NCBI GenBank assembly: GCA_963827685.1
Contig: CAWHBU010000003.1
Coordinates: 256,001 to 320,000 of the forward strand
Source of the DNA: an uncultured delta proteobacterium
GTDB lineage: Bacteria; Desulfobacterota; BSN033; UBA1163
Direction of reading: 5' to 3'
Length of the DNA stretch: 64,000 nt
Part shown: positions 50,645 to 61,776 of the stretch, one piece after another
Layout of the letters: each line of letters begins with the position of its first letter
How positions within the stretch are numbered: position 1 is the first letter of the stretch
Program-made: the position numbers and the translations under genes
Notes under the pieces: generated by a model
The model's database searches: none
What the model was told of the DNA's origin: nothing
What the model saw: only the letters and a program-made list of their open reading frames with translations

Positions 50645-51064
50645 TCATTGCGGGATAAGACGAAAATAAGTACTTACCACATTTGTCGGTTGAATCTTCC
50701 CGTCTCGAATATATAGAACATAGCTTTCCAAAAGACGTGCGCCAGGATTTTTAGTGTGAATCTGTACCTTGATCGTTCCTCGTAACCCATAATTTACATC
50801 TGTTACCTTAAAACAGTGTGGGCCATCATCTGCGAAGTAGAAACAGGCTGCTTTAATCTCCGGTTCACCATCTGCCTCAAAACTGATATTCACAATAAAT
50901 GGTAAATGTAACCTGATATTTTCCTTTTCTGGAACGAGCATACTTAATAATCTTAGCTCACCAGGAGCAAGGGGTTTAGGCACTGTGGCGCAAGAAGAAA
51001 TTCCTAACAAGACCGCTCCCATCATTAAAACAGCTATTGAGATAGACTTCCTAATCACAGACAT
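50645..51064 (-). CDS. hypothetical lipoprotein
   Basis: ISSC lipobox; paralog of 51983-52441. Confidence 0.75.
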   Translation of the reverse strand: MSVIRKSISIAVLMMGAVLLGISSCATVPKPLAPGELRLLSMLVPEKENIRLHLPFIVNISFEADGEPEIKAACFYFADDGPHCFKVTDVNYGLRGTIKVQIHTKNPGARLLESYVLYIRDGKIQPTNVVSTYFRLIPQ

Positions 51065-51085
51065 GCCTTAGAATCCCCTTTCCCT

Positions 51086-51685
51086 TTACCTTCTTTCTTT
51101 TTCCTTTTGTTTTTCATAGTCTCTTCTCTCCTCGCTAATCTTTCTGGAATTCATGGTAAGGGTTCCCTTATGGCGATCCTTGGAATATGACAACCAGATC
51201 TCTGTATTTTTGCCCCACCAAACATAAAATCCTCCAGCACGTTCTGTCGGTGATCGTTCTCTCCGTGCCCTTTTACTCATCTTATCCATACTTCCCTTAG
51301 GCTCAAAGGCTTTTCCAAATCGTTCAAATAACTCTTTTTTAAGAGCCTCGAAATTTTCCTCGCCTTCAAAATCAATCCATACACTCTCAAATTCTCCCAT
51401 CCAAAATGAATAAAATATGTTTTCAAGTTTTGCCTCACCTATCGCTAAGGTATCCCCTTTTCTTCTATACCAGACTAAGTCTCTACCAGAGGATTTGTTT
51501 TGTTCAACTTCCTCCATGTCTTTTAATGTAGAAATCTCGATTCCCCACTTGATATCCCTGAAGCCGTCTGGGTCTGAGCGAGGCATAGAAGGCCGAGGGG
51601 GAGCAAAACAACCTACCAAAAAGATGGTGAATAAAATAGCTAAAATCTTACCCTTCTTCATGGCTTCTGCTTTCAGTTTTACCAT
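51086..51685 (-). CDS. hypothetical lipoprotein
   Basis: LVGC lipobox; DPDGFRDIKWG. Confidence 0.72.
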   Translation of the reverse strand: MVKLKAEAMKKGKILAILFTIFLVGCFAPPRPSMPRSDPDGFRDIKWGIEISTLKDMEEVEQNKSSGRDLVWYRRKGDTLAIGEAKLENIFYSFWMGEFESVWIDFEGEENFEALKKELFERFGKAFEPKGSMDKMSKRARRERSPTERAGGFYVWWGKNTEIWLSYSKDRHKGTLTMNSRKISEERRDYEKQKEKERR

Positions 51686-51697
51686 TTTACTTAGGTG

Positions 51698-51871
51698 CTA
51701 CCCTCCTTTTATTCTTTTTCTCTTCATCTCCCTATCCACCACTCTCACCATTTCCAGAAACTCCTCTCTGGTGAATATCCCCTTCTTAATGAGTAACCTG
51801 GTAAGGGCTTCCTGCTGGACGACCTGGGACATCAGGAGTTATTCAGAGGAAACTATTTGTTTAGATAACTT
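51698..51871 (-). pseudogene. small helical ORF remnant, copy 1
   Basis: KQIVSSE*LLMSQVVQQEALTRLLIKKGIFTREEFLEMV; homologous to about 52470-52620. Confidence 0.55.
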
Positions 51872-51982
51872 TCATTAATCAATTCTTCATTCACATCAGA
51901 CATTGGGTGTTTGAGCATGGAAGAGTAAATGTGATGAGTTTATAATTCGAAATCCGATGTGAAAAATCCAGCTCTTTTGCGT

Positions 51983-52441
51983 TTATTCTTCAGGTTCCTT
52001 CAGAACAATGACATAATAAGTTACGGTATTTGTCCGTTGTGTTTTCCCGTCTCGAATATATTCAGCGTAACAGTCTATTCTCTTTGAACCCACAGGAACG
52101 TGAATCGGTACTCGGAAGTATGTATGCGACCCATATGTCACATCTTTCGCTTGAACATCAACACAGGATTGGCCGTCACCTGAGAAGTTGAAACAAGCTC
52201 TCAGAATCTTTGGTTCACGGTTTGCCACAAAATTAATAGTAGTCCAATATTCTACGTTCGCTGAGAGGTTACCACTTTGGGGAACATCCACACTTAATAG
52301 CCTGAGTTCGTCTGCACTGGAGGGGAGTTCTCTCTTTCCAATCGAGATAGAGGGTCCTTCCGGTCCAGTCGTGATAGTGGCACAAGAAGAAATTACTAAC
52401 AAGACAGCTACACCCATCAGAACAGCTATTAAGGATTTCAT
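51983..52441 (-). CDS. hypothetical lipoprotein
   Basis: ISSC lipobox; shares ELRLLS, ACF, YIRDGK with 50645-51064. Confidence 0.75.
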   Translation of the reverse strand: MKSLIAVLMGVAVLLVISSCATITTGPEGPSISIGKRELPSSADELRLLSVDVPQSGNLSANVEYWTTINFVANREPKILRACFNFSGDGQSCVDVQAKDVTYGSHTYFRVPIHVPVGSKRIDCYAEYIRDGKTQRTNTVTYYVIVLKEPEE

Positions 52442-53486
52442 AATTATAAACCTCCTTCCTATTATGTCCCTTTCTTTTTCCTCTTCATCCCCTATCCACC
52501 ACCTTCACCATTTTCAAAAACCCCTCTTTGGCAAAAATCCCTTTCTCCACAAGCAACCCGGTAAGGGCTTCTTATTGGACTAACTGGGACACGATTTGTT
52601 TAGGATCAAGGGTGGTTGCTATAGAAGCCTCCGAAAAGATCATTTGGTTTGCTTTAAGAAATTTCAATAACTCCTTATGGAAGAGTTCCGGCGCTTCCAG
52701 ATGAGGGATATGTCCAACGTCAGGCAATTCAATCAAGGAAGAGTTTGCTATCAGTTTTGCAGTCCTTCTGCCTAATTCCGGGTATTGCCCCACCAAAGAG
52801 AGCAGTTCTTTTTTCACTTTTGCTTTACCGACAACCGTTCTGTCGGATTGCCCAATGACCAGAAGGGTCTTTGACCTGATATATGGAAATTCATAGCAAA
52901 CGGGTTGTTCGTAAATCATCTGGGATGTGAGTGCTGAAGACATGGCCAGCCTCGGGTATTCACCGCTTGCTTTCCACCTGAGAAAAACTTGAACATATTC
53001 TTCATAGTCAGGCTTCCATTTCACATAGTAACTTTTATGGTAATTCCGAATTCCTTCCTCTGTGGCGTTCAGTTCATTACGATATGCTTCTTCAATAGGA
53101 GTATAGGGCACATATATTCTATAATCTTCCAGACCAATGGGATTCTCAAGGATCAGATGGGTAACCGTCTCAGGATACATGAGGGTAAATCTTGTTGCCA
53201 GCATTCCCCCCATCGAGTGACCAACAACCGCAACTTGCGTTATTCCGAGGCTGTCCACAACTTTCTTGGTATTGATTGCTAATGAATGAAAGCTATAATG
53301 GATATTCGGTTTTGACGATTTCCCAAAACCGATCTGGTCAGGGACAATCACTCTGAAGCCGTTTTGAGACAAGATATGAATAGTCTCTTTCCAGTAGGCT
53401 CCGAAGAAATTCTTTCCGTGTAAAAGTAATACGGCCATGCCATTCGGGGTTCCTTCAGGTGGTATATCCATATAGGCCATTCTTAA

Positions 53487-55081
53487 CAGTCTGTTGAAAA
53501 ACTCTATTCAATAAATTCTTTGCTTTAATATATCACAATGGTAGAATATGGCAACTTTTGAATAAAGGAGGAGCCATTGTTAGGAGAAAACCCACGAAGT
53601 GAGCGCATGTTCTACTATGTCCGGATGGAAGATATCGTTCCAGAGAACCATCTTCTAAGATTGATCGACAGACATATCGATCTAAAATTCATTCGGGACA
53701 AAGTGAAGCATCTATACAGTCATACAGGGCGTCCATCGATTGATCCGGAGGTATTACTCAGGATGCTTTTAATTGGGTATCTGTATGGAATCACATCAGA
53801 GCGTCGCCTATGCGAAGAAGTACAGATGCACATTGGGTACAGGTGGTTTGTGGGCTTGAACCTTGAAGACAAGGTGCCAGATCATTCGACCTTCTCCAAG
53901 AATCGGCATGAGCGGTTTTCAGAGAGCGATCTATTTCAGAGAATCTTTGACGAGATTGTGAATCAATGTGTCTCTCAGGGGTTGTTAACAGGAAAGCATC
54001 TGACGGTGGACAGCACCTATGTACAAGCCAATGCGGCCTTAAAGAGTCTAGAACCAATAGTGGTGACCATGGGGACAGGAGAATACATAGAGAAATTAGA
54101 GAGAGAAAACCCTGTAACAGAAGAGCCTTGGGAGCCTGGGGACGACTATCCCCATCGGGGTCAGAAAATAAGCAATGGGACTCATCGGTCCAAGACCGAT
54201 CCGGATGCCCGTCTGGCAAGGAAATCGTTGAAAGCAAACACCCAACTTTATCATGGAGTGACCTATATCATGGACAACCGGAGCCGGATCATCGTAGGGG
54301 CGGATGTGGGAAAACCAGATCGGAAAACTGACTGCGAAAAGGCGTTGAAGCAGATACGAAGGATTCCATTTGCTTTTGGGATAAAGCCGGAGAGCTTAGG
54401 AGCAGATAAGGGGTACTCCACGGGAGAATTTATCAATGCACTGGTCAAAGAGAAGGTACAGCCTCACATTCCAATCATGGATTCTCGGAGTCAAAACGAT
54501 CGAGGGATCTACTCGATAGAACAATTTAGCTTTGATCCGGGTGAAAACCGGTTTCTCTGTCCGTCGGGGAAGGAGTTGAAATATTGGGGAATTCATAAAC
54601 CCAGTAAGCAGCATGTCTATAGGGCGAGGGCGAAGGATTGCAAAGTGTGTTCGAGGAAGGCGGAGTGTACGAGGGACAGGTCCAGATCACTCAGTTATCA
54701 CATTTATGAGGAGTTTATCAATCAAGCGAGGCAAATCAATCAAACAAGGGCTTATCGGATATCGCAGAGGATGAGGAAGAGGATTGAGGAGCTATTTGGA
54801 GAAGCAAAGGAGTGGATGGGACTGAGGAGGGCTAAATTCCGGAGGCGGAAGTTTATCAGAGAACAGGTATTAATGACGGCGACAGCGCAGAATATAAAAA
54901 GGATGGTAAAGCTGTTATCCAAAGGAGGATACACAAAGCAAGCCCAGGTGGCCCAACAGCTTGGGGAATCGTTTCTTTCAAAGACATTTTCTAAATTATT
55001 TGGTTTGATGACTCTTTTCAGGTTTCGAACTCAATATTTTCTTCAGGGTTGCTGATAAATGCTTAGTTTTTCAACAGACTG
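53487..55081 (+). mobile_element. IS1182-family insertion sequence
   Basis: Perfect TIR CAGTCTGTTGAAAAACT; TTAA duplicated at 53483-53486 and 55082-55085. Confidence 0.93.
53577..55055 (+). CDS. IS1182-family transposase
   Basis: GRPSIDP, SERRLC, PDHSTFS, VDST, TDPDA, ADKGY, RIEELFGEAK. Confidence 0.93.
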   Translation: MLGENPRSERMFYYVRMEDIVPENHLLRLIDRHIDLKFIRDKVKHLYSHTGRPSIDPEVLLRMLLIGYLYGITSERRLCEEVQMHIGYRWFVGLNLEDKVPDHSTFSKNRHERFSESDLFQRIFDEIVNQCVSQGLLTGKHLTVDSTYVQANAALKSLEPIVVTMGTGEYIEKLERENPVTEEPWEPGDDYPHRGQKISNGTHRSKTDPDARLARKSLKANTQLYHGVTYIMDNRSRIIVGADVGKPDRKTDCEKALKQIRRIPFAFGIKPESLGADKGYSTGEFINALVKEKVQPHIPIMDSRSQNDRGIYSIEQFSFDPGENRFLCPSGKELKYWGIHKPSKQHVYRARAKDCKVCSRKAECTRDRSRSLSYHIYEEFINQARQINQTRAYRISQRMRKRIEELFGEAKEWMGLRRAKFRRRKFIREQVLMTATAQNIKRMVKLLSKGGYTKQAQVAQQLGESFLSKTFSKLFGLMTLFRFRTQYFLQGC

Positions 55082-55335
55082 TTAAGTCCTGACCCTCTAT
55101 GGTAAGGGGAAGTAATTTTACCGGGTAGGGATAGTCATAATTTTCCATTGATATGGATAGGGGTATCGTCTCTTGAGCAATTGCGGTGAAGGGCAGTGAG
55201 AAGATCCAAATCAATAAGCCGTAACTCAACATTTTCGTTGACAAACTGACAAAAGCCTGTGTGGAACATTTCATGGTCGATCCCTTTCTTTAAAGCGCTT
55301 GATATATACTAGAATCTGTCAAACCGTTAGGGAAA

Positions 55336-55535
55336 TTATGAAAGACTTCTCAAAAAATTCTTTAACTTGTTCATAGCCTCTGAAGAAATATCAATAAATT
55401 TTACTCCGCACCGATAATCTCCCCAGACTTCACCTAAATGAATATCTATCCAAGCTGCCTCAGCCAACGTTTCAGTGGTATTCAAATCAGAACCTGAAGT
55501 GAAAAAGAGTTTAACCTTTAGATGCTTGCCCTCAT
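55336..55535 (-). pseudogene. PilZ-like domain C-terminal fragment
   Basis: Hand translation GKHLKVKLFF...AEAAWID...DYRCGVKFIDISSEAMNKLKNFLRSLS*; lacks the N-terminal RxxxR part. Confidence 0.6.
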
Positions 55536-55900
55536 ATACCCACCCAATAGTTAGAGGTTAAGAATGGATTGCTTCAGTATTGATTGGATTGTATTCTTTT
55601 CAGGACATGGTGTCAATGAGAATTGGATGGGCAGGTGCCCTCAGAAGTACGAACGGTTAGAAGGTGGAATAAGAAGGAATGGGAAAAGAGATGCGTCTCG
55701 ACTTAGAGATCATGCCCACTTTACACGATGAGGAATATCCTAAACAGGTTATCGATCCTCGGCACCGCCACTGCTTTGTTAGGGGGCGTTGATACTATGA
55801 GTTTCGGTGGATGTCTGGTAGGAGGGGGGAGATTTTGGATTATTTTGGACAGCAATGATCAGAGGATATTGTTGATGAAAACGGGGCGAGCCATCATATT

Positions 55901-56302
55901 TTAGTCGGTTCCATCCCGATTGTTTTCACTGGGAACATCAGATTTTAGGCGGGATGGCAAGTGATTGGCAGCATAATAAAACCCAAAAGATATAAAAATG
56001 CTAATGCAGGCTACTGGGAATGCGAGTGATTTTCCATGCCACAACCCGACAAACCCACGCCTGAACTCGTCCATAAGCACATTTGCCTTTCCGCCATAGA
56101 GTTCTAAATCCCGTAAATATTTCCTGGAATCTTCAGGCATAACCGGATAAACAGATCCACCTTCTTCCACGTAACCCAAAACGCCGTCCGAATAATTCTG
56201 AGCTGTCTGATAAATCAAGATGGCACTACCCAAACCAACCAGCAGGATAATTGCGCTGATGAGATTAAGCAATGCATGCAGATCTGCGATTTTCCATTTC
56301 AT
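55901..56302 (-). CDS. hypothetical 2-TM membrane protein, copy 2
   Basis: Near-identical to 45590-45991, including about 105 bp upstream. Confidence 0.75.
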   Translation of the reverse strand: MKWKIADLHALLNLISAIILLVGLGSAILIYQTAQNYSDGVLGYVEEGGSVYPVMPEDSRKYLRDLELYGGKANVLMDEFRRGFVGLWHGKSLAFPVACISIFISFGFYYAANHLPSRLKSDVPSENNRDGTD

Positions 56303-56418
56303 GTTGTGCCTATTTTTGATCAATACCCAATGATTTTGGAAAAAAGTATAAGAAAAAATGCCTTGTGGTGTCAATGGCCTGACCAGAGCGTGGCTGCCAT
56401 TTAAAAAGAGCAATCAGA

Positions 56419-56474
56419 GGGCCGGGTCTTTAATCTTGATGTTTATGAAATATCAAGAAGCAAGACTCAACCCC
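56419..56474. repeat. 56-bp imperfect palindrome P, copy 2
   Basis: GGGCCGGGTCTTT...CAAGACTCAACCCC. Confidence 0.85.
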
Positions 56475-56513
56475 AGCCACTAATTTAGCGGCCCGCCCAA
56501 CCTGCATCAAAAC

Positions 56514-56545
56514 AAAAGGGTTAGCAACTTACAGCTAACCCTTTT
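56514..56545 (-). terminator. hairpin downstream of tRNA-Glu
   Basis: AAAAGGGTTAGC-N8-GCTAACCCTTTT. Confidence 0.7.
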
Positions 56546-56554
56546 GAGTTAATC

Positions 56555-56631
56555 TGGCGTCCCCAAGGGGATTCGAACCCCTGTTGCCGACGTGAAAGGC
56601 CGGTGTCCTTGGCCGACTAGACGATGGGGAC
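56555..56631 (-). tRNA. tRNA-Glu (TTC)
   Basis: GTCCCCATCGTCTAG...CTTTCAC...GGTTCGAATCC...GGGGACGCCA cloverleaf. Confidence 0.96.
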
Positions 56632-56643
56632 CCTTTTCATATT

Positions 56644-56715
56644 ACGGAATGCGGATTGTAGAATGCGGAATTAAGATCTAAAATAAATCCGAATTCCGAA
56701 ATCCGAATTCCGAAA
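56644..56715. repeat. TGCGGA(A/T)T / (A/T)TCCGAA heptamer inverted repeat between the tRNAs
   Basis: Read directly. Confidence 0.7.
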
Positions 56716-56722
56716 TAGACAC

Positions 56723-56798
56723 TGGTGGGCCGTGCGGGACTCGAACCCACGACTCTCTGCTTAAAAGGCAGATACTCTACCTCCTGAGTTAACGGCCC
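56723..56798 (-). tRNA. tRNA-Lys (TTT)
   Basis: GGGCCGTTAACTCAG...CTTTTAA...GGTTCGAGTCC...CGGCCCACCA. Confidence 0.96.
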
Positions 56799-57025
56799 CT
56801 CTCAATTCAAAGTAAGGAAGAATCCATCAAAATGTCAAGCAAAATCTAACAGAGCCTTTAAAAACTACTGCACGCTTTCATGATTACACAGATTCCAAAA
56901 AGTGATTACGCAGATTTTTCTTTATTTTCCAACCCGTTTCTAGATCTGTGTAATCGTTTCATAATCCCTGCCTACCGGCAGGCAGGCGTGTCATCAGAGA
57001 TTTCTGGACTTTTTCAGAAATCTCT

Positions 57026-58336
<1,311 letters not shown>

Positions 58337-58497
58337 TCAGGGCTCCGCCCTGCATCCTATCCTGAACTTCGTCGAGTTCAGGACCAATCATGAACCTTAC
58401 ATGGTTCATGGCGTGGTGCAGGGCCAAACCCTCTTCCCCTGCCTACTGGCATGCAGGCATCAAGGGAGAGGGCGTATTTTGATTTACCATGAAGCGA

Positions 58498-60090
58498 TTA
58501 CAGTTGAATTTGACGAACCGAGATGATATTCGGCAACCTCAAAATCTCGCCCACCATTCCCGGTGGCAAGGGGACATCCAGATGGAGCAGTGAGATCGCA
58601 TTGCCACCCATTTGATCGCGTCCAAACTGCATTGTCGCAATATTGATATTTCGGCTTCCCAAGGCATTCCCAATATTCCCGATCACCCCGGGTTTGTCAT
58701 AATTATTCACTAATAGAATATGTCCCTCCGGAATGGCTTCGATGAAAAAATCGTTCAGCTTGACGATTCGCAATTCTTTCCTTCCGAAGAGGGCCCCTGC
58801 AATATAATTTTGCTCCATCTTCGATCGGGCCCTGAGGGCAATTAAACTTGCAAAATCTTCTGCCTCAGCCCTGGTAGATTCTGTGATTTTTATCCCCCTT
58901 TCTTTTGCCATGACGGGAGCATTGACAAAATTGACGGTCTCACCCACAAAAGGTGTAAGGAGGCCTTTCAAGACCGAAATGGTGATCGGCTTTGTCCCAT
59001 ATTCCACGACCTCGCCGTGATATTCAATCAGAATCTCTTCGATAGCGTAATTTGAAATTTGAGCTAAAAAGCTTCCCAACTGCTCTCCCAGCCGGAGATA
59101 GGGCCTTAAGAAAGGAAGGATTTCTGGGCTGACGGCTGGTATGTTGATAGCATTGCGAGCCTCTCCCAAAGTAAAAAAATCGACAATCTGTTGCGAGATA
59201 GCAATGGCGACATTCTCCTGAGCCTCCTCGGTAGCGGCTCCTAAGTGGGGAGTGCTGATCACCTCCTCTAATTCCACCAGAGGGTTTCCAATGGCAGGCT
59301 CTTTCTCGAAGACATCCAAGGCCGCCCCAGCCACTTTCCCTTCCTTAATAGCGTCATAAAGGTCTTTCTCATGGATGATCCCTCCACGGGCACAATTGAT
59401 CAAAATCACGCCCTTCTTCATCTTTGCGAAGGCTTTCTTGCCGATGAGGTTCCTGGTTTCATCCGTTAAAGGGGTATGGATACTGATGAAATCGGAACGG
59501 CTCAGCAGTTCATCGAACGATACCAGGTCGACCCCTTTCTTCTCGGCTACCTCTTTTGAAAGATAAGGGTCGTAACCGATAACCTTCATCTTCAGGCCTC
59601 TTGCACGATCGGCGACAATCGTCCCGATGACCCCGATGCCGATCAGTCCAAGGGTTTTATTATAAAGTTCCACTCCCATAAACTTTTTCTTTTCCCACTT
59701 GCCGGCTTTCATCGAACCCGTTGCCTGGGGTATCTTCCTCGAAACAGAAAGGATCATGGCAATCGTGTGTTCCGCCGCGGCAATGGCATTTTCTTGGGGA
59801 GTATTCATCACCACGATACCCTTCTTCGTGGCGGCAGGGACATCTACATTGTCCAACCCAATCCCTGCCCTCCCGATCACTTTCAAACGTTTCCCTGCCT
59901 CGATGATATCAGCCTTTAGTTTTGTCTCGCTTCGGATTATGATCCCGTCATATTCCGGAATAATCTTCTTCAGCTCTTCCGGAGAAAGTCCGGGTTTAAG
60001 ATCACAAGTCAGGTTCTTCGCCTTTCCTAATATTTCCAGCCCTTTGCTCGATAAAGCGTCGCTGACTAAAACTTTTTTAATCTCCTCCAT
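58498..60090 (-). CDS. serA: D-3-phosphoglycerate dehydrogenase (long form with ASB and ACT domains)
   Basis: RAGIGLDNVD, INCARGG, PHLGAAT, DKPGVIG. Confidence 0.95.
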   Translation of the reverse strand: MEEIKKVLVSDALSSKGLEILGKAKNLTCDLKPGLSPEELKKIIPEYDGIIIRSETKLKADIIEAGKRLKVIGRAGIGLDNVDVPAATKKGIVVMNTPQENAIAAAEHTIAMILSVSRKIPQATGSMKAGKWEKKKFMGVELYNKTLGLIGIGVIGTIVADRARGLKMKVIGYDPYLSKEVAEKKGVDLVSFDELLSRSDFISIHTPLTDETRNLIGKKAFAKMKKGVILINCARGGIIHEKDLYDAIKEGKVAGAALDVFEKEPAIGNPLVELEEVISTPHLGAATEEAQENVAIAISQQIVDFFTLGEARNAINIPAVSPEILPFLRPYLRLGEQLGSFLAQISNYAIEEILIEYHGEVVEYGTKPITISVLKGLLTPFVGETVNFVNAPVMAKERGIKITESTRAEAEDFASLIALRARSKMEQNYIAGALFGRKELRIVKLNDFFIEAIPEGHILLVNNYDKPGVIGNIGNALGSRNINIATMQFGRDQMGGNAISLLHLDVPLPPGMVGEILRLPNIISVRQIQL

Positions 60091-60122
60091 CTCATATCAC
60101 CTCAAGCCGTCCGGGTCTCCTT

Positions 60123-61262
60123 TCATTTCATCAAGATCTCTTCAGCTGCCTTCACTCCTGTTCCAAGCTCAAATTCATAGCCCATTTCCTTCAAAAGCAT
60201 CTCCAGCGCTGAAATGACCATCACCATGTCCAGTCGCTCATAATATCCCAGATGGGCAATTCGAATAATCTTGCCTTTTGCCTGATCCTGGCCTCCTGCC
60301 ACGGTGATTCCGAACTTCTCAAAAAACAGATTCTTCAATTTCCCACCCTGTATCCCCTCCGGAACTTTGACGGCTGTAACCGCATTGCTCGGTGAATCAG
60401 GCGCATAGAGTCCAAGACCCAAAGCCTTCACCGCGGCACGGGTGGCCTCTGCCAATTTTTCATGGCGCCGAAATACCGCCTCCATACCCTCTTTTCGAAT
60501 CATATGGAGTGCCTCTCTCAAACCCACAAACAAGGAGATGGCTGGCGTGTAAGAACTCTGGTTCTTCTTCGTGTTTTTCAACTCTTTTTTAAAGTCAAAA
60601 TAATATTTCGGCAAGTTTGACTTCTCAGCAAGCTTCCATGCCTTATCGCTTAACGCCGCAAAGGCAAGACCGGGAGGAAGCATCAAGGCCTTTTGAGAAC
60701 CACTGATCAACACATCGATCCCCCACGCGTCCATCGGGAGATTGAACACACCAATGCCCGTAATGGCATCCACGACGAGCACCGTCTCTTCATATTTTCT
60801 TACGATCTCCGCAATCTCAGTAATGGGATGTTTCACTCCCGTCGAGGTTTCGCTGGCCTGTGTGTAAACCGCTCGAACGGAAGGATTCGATTCTAACGCC
60901 TTTTGAATCTGCTTTGGATCCACCGCCTTTCCCCATTCCACATCAATGGGGATAAACTCGATCCCGTAGGCCTTACAGATCTCCCCCCACCTTTCACCAA
61001 ACTTGCCTCCACGAACAACGATGGCCTTATCTCCTTTGGAAAGGATGTTAGAGACCGCTCCTTCCATGGCCCCCGTTCCAGAAGAGGTAAAGATCAACAC
61101 CTCATTTTTCGTCTGGAAAAGATACTTCAACCCTTCCCTGATCTCAGCAAAGATTTTTTCAAACTCCGGTTCCCGGTGGTGCATGATGGGCTCGGCCATC
61201 TTGAGAAGCACCTCCGGCGGAAGCATGGTCGGCCCAGGCGAGAATAAATATTTCTTTTCCAT
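60123..61262 (-). CDS. class V aminotransferase (alanine-glyoxylate/serine-pyruvate family)
   Basis: PGPT, SGTGAME, ETSTG, GSQKAL, RIAHLG; adjacent to serA. Confidence 0.92.
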   Translation of the reverse strand: MEKKYLFSPGPTMLPPEVLLKMAEPIMHHREPEFEKIFAEIREGLKYLFQTKNEVLIFTSSGTGAMEGAVSNILSKGDKAIVVRGGKFGERWGEICKAYGIEFIPIDVEWGKAVDPKQIQKALESNPSVRAVYTQASETSTGVKHPITEIAEIVRKYEETVLVVDAITGIGVFNLPMDAWGIDVLISGSQKALMLPPGLAFAALSDKAWKLAEKSNLPKYYFDFKKELKNTKKNQSSYTPAISLFVGLREALHMIRKEGMEAVFRRHEKLAEATRAAVKALGLGLYAPDSPSNAVTAVKVPEGIQGGKLKNLFFEKFGITVAGGQDQAKGKIIRIAHLGYYERLDMVMVISALEMLLKEMGYEFELGTGVKAAEEILMK

Positions 61263-61521
61263 ATCAAACTCCCTTTAAGTGAGAAAAACCACATAATATT
61301 ATTTTATATTCACCCCTATGTCAATACTCCCTTCGCTTTTGGAAGCTTCCCAGCGAAAGCGTGACGCTTTCCGGATACAAAGGATCACTTCGCATACTGT
61401 CCTTTCCTGCCTGCCACAGGCTGGGAGGTCGAAGGGGAGACCGGCAAGGGAGATCATAGGGGTTGACTTTTGGGGAATTATTTTCTAATTTTTAGAAAGG
61501 TCTTTCAGACTGGTAGGTTCA

Positions 61522-61776
61522 ATGGATCGCATGGCGACGAAAACATTGGCTGAGATCTATATCCAACAAGGTCATCTTCAGGAGGCCTACGAAATTTTTA
61601 AAGCCCTTAGTGAAAAAGAACCCAATAATATGGAAATAAAACTGAGGTTAGAAGAATTGCGTAAACAGTTAAACTCTTCCTCTCCCTTAACCCATTCCCT
61701 TCCGCGCTCTACAGAGGAAAAGATTCGTTTCCTGGAGAAATGGCTGGCCAATATCCGTGAACGGAGAAGAGGATAA
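61522..61776 (+). CDS. small TPR-containing protein
   Basis: TKTLAEIYIQQG...LEKWLANI. Confidence 0.75.
   Translation: MDRMATKTLAEIYIQQGHLQEAYEIFKALSEKEPNNMEIKLRLEELRKQLNSSSPLTHSLPRSTEEKIRFLEKWLANIRERRRG

Larger units (their letters stand above)
52572..55274 (-). pseudogene. exported alpha/beta hydrolase interrupted by IS1182
   Basis: LLHGKNF, PDQIGFGKS, GHSMGG, GHIPHLE. The 5' part is at 55082-55274; removing the IS and one TTAA restores EGQDLRMAYMD in frame. Confidence 0.9.
36108..56554. mobile_element. tRNA-Glu-anchored accessory island, decayed, no integrase visible
   Basis: Bounded by intact tRNA-Glu and direct-repeat remnants of its 3' half; contains IS elements, AT-rich genes and gene fragments. 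Confidence 0.75.

Noticed and set aside
36108-56554. Prophage
   Set aside because: No capsid, terminase, portal, tail or replication genes recognised.
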